Assembly (NCBI GenBank): GCA_030167865.1
Contig: JALAGF010004376.1
Span: forward strand, 1 to 64,000
Source of the DNA: Craspedostauros australis
Taxonomy: Eukaryota
Direction: 5' to 3'
Length of the DNA: 64,000 nucleotides
Part shown: one piece after another, positions 23,459 to 33,694 of the stretch
Layout: every line of letters starts with the position of its first letter
How positions within the stretch are numbered: position 1 is the stretch's first letter
Translations under genes and position numbers: made by a program
Notes under the pieces: model-generated
What the model was told of the DNA's origin: nothing
Seen by the model: the letters and a program-made list of their open reading frames with translations, nothing else
The model's database searches: none

Positions 23459-26370
23459 CTACATGCTCCGACTCAGTTGATTGATCGCTTCCTCCTTGAC
23501 GAGCTCTGTGCGATGCTGGATCTCCAGCGCCTGCGCATGTGCCACGCCTCCCACCATCATGCGGTTGTATCGCTGGCGGAAGTCCCTCCGCTCCACCAGC
23601 CCGCGCAATGCGAAGTAGTATTTGGCGTACAGGCTGTTGTGGAAGTAAATTGACGAACATGATGCGGGTGTATGAGTATGCCAAACGCACGTACGTACGT
23701 AAGAGAGAAAGATAGACAGACAGAGAGAGCGTGTGAGACATCACGTGAGGTCAGATGCGGTGTATGACTCGTATCATTGACGGTGCGCAAAGAATTGGCC
23801 CGCCTCTTCTATTCCATTCCACCATGCGCAAATGAATAAATACGGAACAGCGCAATGCAACACACAACCTCCCAACCTCCCAATTAACCAACTCACCTGC
23901 TTCGGATATGCAAATCCCATTTGACCATGCGAAGGAAGTTGAGCTCGAGCTTGTTGATGGCATCGACTGAGAATTGCGGATAGACGCTGGCGAATTCGAC
24001 GTTCCAGGAACTGAGATCCTGCCAGACCTTGGATGCCAGGAGGAGGCCGCACATGAAGATGGGACGCCACGTGCTGGCCAGCAACGGGACCTTGGCAACC
24101 TCCATGAGGCGCTCGACGTAGATGAGGCAGATGATGGAGCATTCGGACGAGAGCTGGACGGAATCGAAGAGCTGGTGCGCGAATTCGTAAATCTCTCTCT
24201 CGGATGGAATCTCGTGCTTGACCTTGATCTTGCGGAGGCCGTAGACCATGCCTGCTCGTGCCATGGGGATGCGCACGATGGTGCATTTGTAGGTCGGGGT
24301 GCGGTAATTGTCCTCGCAGAACAGCTCCCGCATGGAGTGCTTGAAGAGGCTGCTGGACTTGTTGCCCAGAATTCGTTCCCTGCCGGATTCGAAGCGATGC
24401 TCTATCTTGGCAATATGCTGGTGGATGATCATGGCCACGCGCTTCAAGGCGTCGCGAAAGTTGGGCCGTTGCAATGTTCCCAACGAATCGGTGTTCTGGT
24501 GCGTTCCGGACCGCATCTCCGCTGGCTTGTACTCGATCTTCTTGCGGCCCATGCGAGGCGTGTAGGCGTCGGAGGACGGTCGGAATATGTTGGAGCTCTT
24601 CTTGCGGCCGTGTGGGTTCTGCGACTTGTGTATGGCGGATGTTTCAGGTCGCGCATCCTGTTTCCGCTGGACCTCGGGAGCAATGGCATGATCACGATCA
24701 GCCTGCTGCTTGTGCGCGTTGCTTACGAACCTGGCGTTCGCCTTGAGGTTTGATTTGAGCTGTGCTGGTGTGATGGTCGTTGCTGCTGCGCCTGCCATAC
24801 TTGATGATGTCCGGGATTGCGCGGCCGCAGTGTTGGAGGATGTGGCGCTGGCAAACTGATCGAGGAGATGTTTCTGGGGTTCTTTTTGCTGCTGCTGAGC
24901 GTCCTGGACCTGCCTTGGCGCAAGCAGCGAACGGTTGCTGAATTCTCGTATCTGCCTCTTCTTAATGCGTTCCTTGAGACTGCCGAACGATGATGGATTC
25001 TCCAGCGAACCGATCGCGCTGTAGAAGTTAATCTGCTTCTTTTTCTTTCCACCTCCTGCATGCTGCTTTTTGCCCGTCGCGGTTGCAGTTGCAGCTGTTG
25101 TGGTGGTTGCTGTTGTTGCTAGATTGCTGTCATCGACGATGCCCCTGACGACAGCGTTGTTGTCATTGGCATCGACATTGACAGTGGCAGGGTCTGACGG
25201 AACTGGTTGCGGTGCCGTGGAGTGACGTTTGTGCAAACAGTGCTGTTGCGAGTGGTACTCCGACGATGTTTCGAGAGGGCGAGGTTGGGAATTGTGGTTG
25301 ACGTTGTGAAGTGCCACGGATGATGGCGAAGTAGAATCACATTCATTGGGCTGTTGCTGCTCTGTGATGAAGCAACTTTCATCGGTGACGTCTTCGGACG
25401 TGTCGACGGGTATGTCCGGGAGTGACACAGATGATTGCGCAACGGTGAGGCGAGGTGCCGTATGTGATTGTGGCGCAGCTGACGATGCCGGGTCGGTACT
25501 GGTACCTGTGTCATGAGCGCAAGGACCAGCACCAAAATAATTGGATTTGGCAAAGGAGGACGCCAAGCTATCGACGGTTGGCTGCAACATGCTAGGTGAT
25601 GCTGGACGTGCCGGTGTGTTGTCGATCGCCATGTGCATATTCTGCTGTAATTGTTGCTGATTCTGCTGTTTGTGTTGTTGTTGATCATGTAGTCGCAGGT
25701 GTATTCTGCTGCTGCTGCCATCATCTTTATGTCTTGCAACAGCAGGCAGATGGACAGCTGCACCACGAGGCCATTTCGATTCCTGTGCATGATCGTACTT
25801 GTAGTCCCCCAAAGCCAGGTTACCAAACACGCTGGGAGGTCGCATAACTTGCGGCGGCGCGACTGAGGCACGCGAAATTGATGGGTTCGCGTCGGTGATT
25901 GCACTTGCATCCGCATCTGTGTTCCTGCCCGCAGCTGCAGTTTCGTTCTGTTTTCGTAGCAGGATCATTGGTGTGGCTGCAATTGTTCCAACTGGACGAA
26001 TCGGCGACTTGATGGTTGGATCTCTATTTGGTGTGGTCGCTGTTGTCGTCGCTGTAGTTGTCGTTGCTGTTGCGGTCTGGATGGGCGACACGGCCGTGTT
26101 GGAAGGTGCGGCCAACAACCGTGGTGGCAGAGCAGTGGTCAGAGCAGTTGCTTGTGAAGACGACTGTGGTGCCATCAGAGCTGGCGCAGCATCTGGACGA
26201 GAAGGCTTGGTGGATGCGGACTGAGTCATCTTGGACTGCGCCATCTTGGGCTGTGGTGCGTAGGCTGGAGTCGATGTTGTCCTCGCCTGCATCAGCAGAT
26301 GCAAGTTCGATGATCGCTGCCGCTCACTAGACGGAGCGCTGTAGTGGGCGACCTGGGCCATCTTGAACAT
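23459..26370 (-). CDS. Cyclin Y-like protein with a long low-complexity N-terminus; exons 26370-23897 and 23633-23459 (882 aa)
   Basis: Cyclin box QLSSECSIICLIYVERL..WRPIFMCGLLLASKVWQDLSSWNVEF..INKLELNFL. The phase-2 splice gives SSLYAKYYFALR, the cyclin-Y family signature. Confidence 0.9.
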
Positions 26371-29300
26371 GTGAACAATGGTGGCTTGTCTGTTCTGTTC
26401 TGCTCAGTGTCGAATGAGCTGAGTTGAATTGCGTTCCTGTGCTGCGCTGGGAGGGTTCTGTTGCGATTGACTTTACTGATGTTGTATTCTGTATCGTTGT
26501 ACCTGTACGACTTGCGTTGTTCCACAGTGCCACCTTGCTCCGTTTCTCCAAACAAACAAAGAGTGAGAGAGCAAGCGAGGGATGGTGTGCGGGGCGGTTT
26601 CGTGTGTTTGCTCCAGGTACACAATGCCTTTCAAACAGACGGAGCCATCTGCATTCACAAATCGAGAATCCTGGTGTGGTGGTCGCGTGCAGGGGTAGTC
26701 GTGTCTTGTGCTGGGAGTGTACTGGCGCAGATGCCTGTGGTGATGCTGCTGTGTTGTTCTCTTTTGCAATCTGTATTTGTATACACGTTGTATACGCGTT
26801 GTGCGCACGTCCTCCACACGTCTTGTTGTGATGTCTGATTGTTCCGTATTTGGGTCGTCACTTTTTGTTGTGTCTTCGTGTCGTTGCTTCGTCTGGAAAG
26901 TACGGAAGATAGGTGACACCCTCGTGGATGTCAACTGCTCTGGAATCGGTGGGGACAGCGTTGGGAGGTATTATTTGGTAGAATGGATTGTATAATGTGG
27001 GGCAGGTGAAGTGTGGTGTGCCAATACGAGTATCGCAGGAGTTGTGAATCGGAGCTTTCCACGATACTTGTACTCGACGAGCTGTGAGCTATGAATGTTG
27101 AATCTCGGCCAATTTAGGTTGGATGGGATTGGCTGTCTCTTCGCGCCTTCGCCGATGCTGGTCAGAATTGTATTATATAATATAATACTCGATCGCACAC
27201 TCTGACGCCCCACTAGTATGGTATAGTAGGTTGTAGAATAGAGTTGAATAGAGTAGAGTTGTCCGCAGAGCAGAAAGCAGAGAGTATTGGTATTGGACAA
27301 TGCCAACACTCGTACAACTTCCAGAGACCAGGCTTTGTGCAGTTCGTATCGTCTCTCGGTCTTGTCCTTCCCTTTCCCACTCTGAGAAAGTCGCTGGTTG
27401 CTCAGGCACAACAAACGGCCTCTGTGTGCGGAATGCGATGTGGTGGGCGCGGTGGCAGGCAAAAAGGGAGAAACACTCCGGGATCAGATCTCTTTGATAC
27501 TCTTTTTACGCCGATGCTTCACGATTGGAAGTGAAGAACGGTACTCCGTTGCTTGTGCGCAGCAGAGGAATCGAATTGGTTGGTGGGCGGGTGTCTTCTG
27601 GTGGGAATCTGTCTGTCGTCGCTGTGCTATCGGAAGTGAGGACTGGAGGGAAGTGTGGTTGCGACGTCGATCACCAGGTTGGCTGTGGATTACTCTCCTC
27701 TCCTCCACTGTGCTCTGCTCTATTCTATTGTTAGAAGAGTGGTCTCCGTTGCATCGTTGTCCAATCCCTTTGCTGATCCTCTTGCGTTTGGTCTTGGGCT
27801 GTTGGTCTTGGTTGATGCCGTTGGCTTTGGTTTTTGGCCTGGTTGGGGTTTGTGTTGTTTGTCTTGTTTGTCTTGTGGCTCGTGACGTCCTCCGACAGCA
27901 CGGGGTTCGCCTGCGTTGGCTTCGTTTTTCGCCTTTGCGCGCTGTTTTCTGTTCTTTCAGCCTTGAAGCTGGCTGGGTTGCTGGTGTGCTGTTTGGGCAA
28001 ACATGTGCTGGCATCGTTTGGCTTCTTTTCCATGCTCTTGTGCGTCATCGGTGGTTGAGAAGTGCCGTTGTCGTCCTCATTCACGAACGTTTGAATCCTG
28101 GAGACATGGAATAAGCGTCGCAAAGCCGGCATTTATGCGCGGTGATGTCACCAAATAAGTCACGGTGACGGCACAAATAGTCGCCCTGTCACATTCTTAT
28201 TTATGGCGCCTTGTTCTTCCCTGTCACATTCGGCATCTTTTCTCTTTCTTTGCAGTTTCATGTTTTGATTCAGGAACGTCTGCCAAATATTTTCCACAAC
28301 AGGCCAAACACGGCGACGCGATTGTGACTCGTGGTTGCGCACCAACCACAACAACGCGAAAACACAGACACACGTACGCGCATCCATCAACCAAGAGCGA
28401 AAAAGCCCACGGAACCCTGGTGACGCGCGGCGCATTTTCAACCAGGTGCTGAATCTTTCGCGTTGATTCTTCCGTCACATGGGTCAGATTCGGCCTCAAG
28501 GCAACATTCACCCGACGACATCCACCATTCATCACCACAAACTATACCTTTGGTCATAGCTCGTCCGCGTGTCCGCAGAGTACGTTTGGATCGATTCCTC
28601 CGCTCCAACGAAGACTATTTGCGCAGAGGAGCACATCTGTCTTTTTGTTCCGTTCTTGGTTGGTTGTTTCGCCAGCGCAAGAACATCCGTGCTCCTATCA
28701 CCGACAGAGTACTGAACTCCTACTTCGCCTCCTGCACAGCACTTTTCAGTATCTGAGTATCATTATATTGCAATATGACCATCCAACGAGTATCCACTCC
28801 ATTTCGCAACAGCACCTTCCATCATCATACTATTCTACTACGGGCCAGAGGCATCTCTCTGCCCGCCGCTGATTCCACGAAACATCTCACGAACGCAACC
28901 ATGGCCTCCTCAGTTCTTTCCACCAACTCAGCCATCCAACCAAAACATCCAACATGGCATGATTATCACCACGAGAGTGCACAGACACAGACCCACGCTC
29001 CCATCATGTCCATCGAAGGAGCCTCCTCTCTTGCGATGTCGAGATCTTGTCGGCATCGGCCTGTTCCCTACCGAGTTTTGCGCTTCGATGATTCGTGCTA
29101 TCCGACTAACTCGATCATAATGAGGAATTTGTCATTCCGATTTCTCTCTCAAATGTCGCCCCGCGCGCGCCAGTCGACCCATTCGTGTGACAGCGATCGC
29201 CCAAACCAAGCAACATCACAAATCGAGAGCAAAAACAGTGGAACGAGTGCACGGAAACAAAACGTCTCCCACCGACAACAACAACGACGATGACGACGTG

Positions 29301-29458
29301 CAATGCAATGCAAAGCGATGGAATGCAATGCAATTGAGGAGACTGGAGTGGCACAGCAACTACAACAACTTGATGACAGCAAGCTGCTTCGAAGCATCAC
29401 AGCCATCGATCAACGCTATTGTGCTCAACATCGATACCCGAGTTGAAATCAATCCACA

Positions 29459-30391
29459 ATGAGCTTCCTCTTCGGCAAAGGCAACAGCAGCAAGGGCAAC
29501 GATGCCAGCACCGCGACGACAAGCAACGCACATGCCAATGCCGGAAAGACTACCAGCGGCAACTACAACAGCAACAATGGCACCGGCACTGGCACCGGCA
29601 CTGGCAATTCAGATGATCCAACCGCAACGCTGAATGCGGCGGCCACATTGGCAGGCACAGTGTTCACGCCGGAGAATGTCTCGCGTGCAGCAAGAGCCGC
29701 CCAGGAACGGGCGCAGGAGATTCAGAAGCAGGCGCAGGATGGCAACATCTCGTTGCGCGCCGTGGCCTTCTTGGGAGGCATCCTGCTCATGATGGTGTCG
29801 CTGCGAGACTGTTTGGGAAAGATCCTGTCCTTCCAGTTGGTCGGCGCGGTGCTGGAGCTATTCACATTCTTCCTGTCAATCATCGTCATTCTGCTGGAGG
29901 CCAAGACGACTCTCTTGCCAGGGGCATGGGTGGACCGCATCCACAAGTACGCCCTCTTCCTCAAGTACATGTGGGGACGTGGATCGCTTTACTTCATGGC
30001 GGGCGCATTGCAGCTGTCTCACTTTCAAGATATCCTGGATCTCATCGCCGGTGCCTGGATGTGCGTCGTCGGCGCCATGATGGTCTTCGTGGGGCAGCAG
30101 ACAGCGCAAAAGCTGCAAACAATGCGAAAGCAGCTCTACACCGAGCACGACCTCAAGCAGATATTCTCGCAGGCCAATGTGGATGGCGTCGGTTTGAATG
30201 TCGCGCAATTCCGTGATCTCACGGTGAAGCTCGGTCTGGATCTGACGCGAAGGGAGACAGAGAGCGCGCTGCTGCACATGAAGAAGGACAACAGCAAGGA
30301 TCGGCTGTCGTATGAGGAGTTTCTGGAGTGGTGGACGCAATCGTCTGATGCGACGGAGTCCATGGCAGACAGCCCCTTGCTGTTCGTGTGA
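29459..30391 (+). CDS. COPI-associated (TVP15-like) multi-pass membrane protein fused to a C-terminal EF-hand-like pair
   Basis: Four hydrophobic segments around YALFLKYMWGRGSLYFMAG (COPI_assoc-like). The C-terminus carries FSQANVDGVGLNVAQF and MKKDNSKDRLSYEEFLEWW (degenerate EF-hands). Confidence 0.75.
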   Translation: MSFLFGKGNSSKGNDASTATTSNAHANAGKTTSGNYNSNNGTGTGTGTGNSDDPTATLNAAATLAGTVFTPENVSRAARAAQERAQEIQKQAQDGNISLRAVAFLGGILLMMVSLRDCLGKILSFQLVGAVLELFTFFLSIIVILLEAKTTLLPGAWVDRIHKYALFLKYMWGRGSLYFMAGALQLSHFQDILDLIAGAWMCVVGAMMVFVGQQTAQKLQTMRKQLYTEHDLKQIFSQANVDGVGLNVAQFRDLTVKLGLDLTRRETESALLHMKKDNSKDRLSYEEFLEWWTQSSDATESMADSPLLFV

Positions 30392-30757
30392 ATGTATGGT
30401 GCATACGCGTGAGGGTAAATGAGGAAGCTTCTCTTGCTCCAGCAACGTCAGCCAATCTCAGCCTGTGTGCTTTGCTCCATCAACACCAGTAGAAGTTTAC
30501 ATTATATATATTGGTTGATACAATTTAGATTTATCAACAAACTCGTGCCTTTCAATTGTTCCATTTTCTTCTATGTCCTGCCTACTATATTGTTGTGGTC
30601 GTGGTGTCTTTGTCTCTATCGTTGGCTGTGTATGAACTGTTGTATTTTGCGCATTGGTGCAATTGTCCTTGTATTCCCGTGTGCTTCCACTTGCACAAGC
30701 CCTTCTCTCGGTCTGCCGTCGTTGCTTCGCATACTTGCTTTTTACATTCTATTCCTC

Positions 30758-32176
30758 TCAAGCAAATGTGATCGCGACCATTGATGACAACACGGTGCCT
30801 GCCATCAATCCCATAGCGGAAATGGATGCAGCACTGGAATCATCTGTGTTTGTACTCGCGGTCAATGTCGTACCTGCGCCCGCCTCATTGGACGATTCCA
30901 GCATCTGCATCAACTGAACAGTTCCGTCGTCGTCGAAACCGCCGTTTGGTGTTGTTGGGCATCCGGTGTCGGAGCAGCACCCGCATGCGTCATTTGGCAG
31001 CGACTTGCCCGACGGGATGCAGACGGAACCACTCATGAGGACGTCGCCAGTTTGCGGGTTGAAGAATGGGCGGCACACGAATTGGCCCTGTTCGCCGGAA
31101 TGGAGATCGCAGGACACGATATCATCATCGACGCAGGTCGAGTTCGCGAATTGGTCTTCGATGCGTACTGGGCAATCATCTCCGCAGCACCCGCAGGTAT
31201 CCGATTCCCACGTGGCATCTGCTGCGACGCAGACGGACATGGTGTGAGATTCGCCTGTGAGCGGGTCGAAGGTTTCGCGGCACATGAACAATCCCTGCGT
31301 GGCCTCCATGTCGTCGTCATCATCGCTGTCGCTGCCGTCGTCACTCGCACTTTGGCTCTCGCTGGCGCTGCCATCACTGCCGCTGTCATCGCTGTCATCA
31401 CTGCCGCTGACGCTTCTGCTCTCGCTTCTGCGCCTGTGGTTCTTGTTGCCTCCGTGGCGCTTTGGTAATGTGCAAGTGATGACCTCTTCCACAGCGCACG
31501 TAGCATTCACCAATGCAGGTTTCTCAAAGTCGTCGGCATCGTCGGAACCTTCATCCGAATCGACGGGACATGTGCCGTTGCAGCATCCGCACACATCACC
31601 CTCCAAGCCGCGAGTGTCATGAATCTCAATGGTCTTGTTGATTGCATCACCGCTGAATGGATTGAACACCTCACGACAGACGACATCGAGATCTCTGTCG
31701 CGACTGGCGCTATGACGGGATCGACGAGAGCCTTCATCCGAATCTCCGCGTCGCTGGAGATGGCGGCTTGGCAGACCGTCGCACGTGCTGTCGATAAAGT
31801 CCGGTTGGATGGGACAATCATCGCCGCAGCACCCGCACGCGTCCATATCCCACGCCGCATCGGCAGGAATGCAGACGGGCATGGTTTGGTTGGCGCCCGT
31901 GATGGGATGGAACTCGGTGCGACACACGAAGACACCTTGCGCATTGCCGTGGTAGAGGTTGCAGGCGAGCGGCGCGTCGCAGGTGATGTTGGCGAGATCC
32001 AAGTTGGGGAAGTCGATGCCATGCTTCCCGAAGAAGGATGCGCCGCGGCCGTGCGTGTGTCCATCGATGTAGAACAAATCGTGGATACCATCATCGCTGG
32101 TGCGTCCGGCAGTCACCTCGTGGGTGGCATGCAGAAGCAGGGCCGCAGAGAAGGTTGCTGCAATGGCGATCTTCAT
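30758..32176 (-). CDS. Secreted, probably GPI-anchored Cys-rich protein with four internal repeats (472 aa, 30 Cys)
   Basis: Signal peptide MKIAIAATFSAALLLHATHEVTA. Four repeats of NxTC..C..G.F.CR..F.P.TG......VC......D.CGCC...CP. The C-terminus DSSAASISAMGLMAGTVLSSMVAITFA has small residues then a hydrophobic end with no cytosolic tail. Confidence 0.85.
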   Translation of the reverse strand: MKIAIAATFSAALLLHATHEVTAGRTSDDGIHDLFYIDGHTHGRGASFFGKHGIDFPNLDLANITCDAPLACNLYHGNAQGVFVCRTEFHPITGANQTMPVCIPADAAWDMDACGCCGDDCPIQPDFIDSTCDGLPSRHLQRRGDSDEGSRRSRHSASRDRDLDVVCREVFNPFSGDAINKTIEIHDTRGLEGDVCGCCNGTCPVDSDEGSDDADDFEKPALVNATCAVEEVITCTLPKRHGGNKNHRRRSESRSVSGSDDSDDSGSDGSASESQSASDDGSDSDDDDDMEATQGLFMCRETFDPLTGESHTMSVCVAADATWESDTCGCCGDDCPVRIEDQFANSTCVDDDIVSCDLHSGEQGQFVCRPFFNPQTGDVLMSGSVCIPSGKSLPNDACGCCSDTGCPTTPNGGFDDDGTVQLMQMLESSNEAGAGTTLTASTNTDDSSAASISAMGLMAGTVLSSMVAITFA

Positions 32177-33694
32177 GGTGGAGTTTGGCAGAGTACTTGT
32201 AGGATGATTGAGGTGCTGAATGGATGAGAGAGATGCTGTTTCCTTGCTGATGTGTTTGTATTGGTTGTGATGAAGCTGAATTTATGAGATCGGGATGGAT
32301 GTCGGTTCCATCAGGAAGCATTGGGATTACTCTGCTCCACTGTGATCTGTTCCATCCACAGCCGCACTCCATGATCATTTCCATCATGGCTTAATGTGTA
32401 TGGTATGAGTTCGTCGGAGCATGTGCATGCGTGTGCGTGTGCATATGCATGAATGTGTGATTGCACAACGCAAAATGTGAGCTCCAGTTTTGAACGATTG
32501 ATTTGACACGACTTCCAGCTCCGATTAAGGGAGCGGATCTCTTCTCTTCCATTCGGTCTTGTTGCACTATTGATGTGGTGTGGGACAGGCTTTGCCGACA
32601 ATGGAATACGACCTATGGTGTGCACTCATCGATCCTCGAATAACGTATCCTCCACCAGTTCCCGTATCGAGACAAACAGGAATGAAGTTGGAGTTGGAGA
32701 ATCGCGGTATCACATCACATCGTGTGACATGGCATGACATGGCATGCCACAACATGAGATGCATGTACGGCTGAGTGTTGCTGATCTCAGCATCCGAATA
32801 CGGGTATGGTTTGGCTCGGAGCACCATCGAGAGTAGAGGACTCAACTCTCCTCTACTTTACTCTCCGACCAAGTATCTTTTGTGATGACTGGTGGAGAGG
32901 ATCTCCATCGTACGCACGACTGTGTGAGGACGGGTGAGAGTGTAAATCCAGAAATTGTGACGGATGTTCGCTGGTTGCCAAAGTGGGTTTGCCACACGCA
33001 TTCTCTTTGTGCGAAAATCGGGTTTCTTGTCTTTCACAGTTGGTCGTGTTTTGCAATTCGCACGATCAATTCTGCGGTAGTATCTCTAGTCTACTCATTT
33101 AGAATGCAGTTTGGTCGAAGATGTCGAATGGTGAATAGAGGAAGAACTAACAGAGTACTTCGAAAGAAAAGACGGCACAAAAAGCGCAAACGCCAAACAA
33201 TGAAAAACAAACACCCGTCCGTTTCAGGGAAACAACTCGCCGAAAGATCTCGCACAGGAGTGACAAAAGACCCGTTGCGCATTTATGGCGTGTTCGTTGG
33301 GTGCGCGCATCTGCTCGTTGTTGTGCCGTTGAAATTCACAGCAGCGTGCTGTTCATCGCGGTACACACCAGCATTCTCGGTTGATCCACCAGGAGCTATT
33401 CTGTGCCTCTGTGGTACCCATACTGTCATCATACGCACCATTCGCAACAGTGACAAAGAAGCATTGCAACCGAGAACAGAATCGCATCCTCGGACGCTGC
33501 ATTCACAGAATACGCAGATCCGTATAATAGATCCATCGGTCCATCCACCATCTGCGGAAGTGAGCATTGCTCCATTGCTCCATTGATCCATTGATTCATT
33601 GAGAATCGAGCATTGGGAAAGTCATCTTGCTGACTTTGCGGACATAGATCATATCATAGTCGCAAGCGCAGCTCGCATCACCACCAACACCACG

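Noticed and set aside
23283-23744. 153-aa minus-strand ORF as the cyclin last exon
   Set aside because: Wrong frame. The splice phase selects the frame encoding SLYAKYYFALR, which ends at 23459.
27398-28132. Overlapping 130-240-codon ORFs upstream of the cyclin gene
   Set aside because: They arise from T/G compositional skew with few stop codons; not protein-like.
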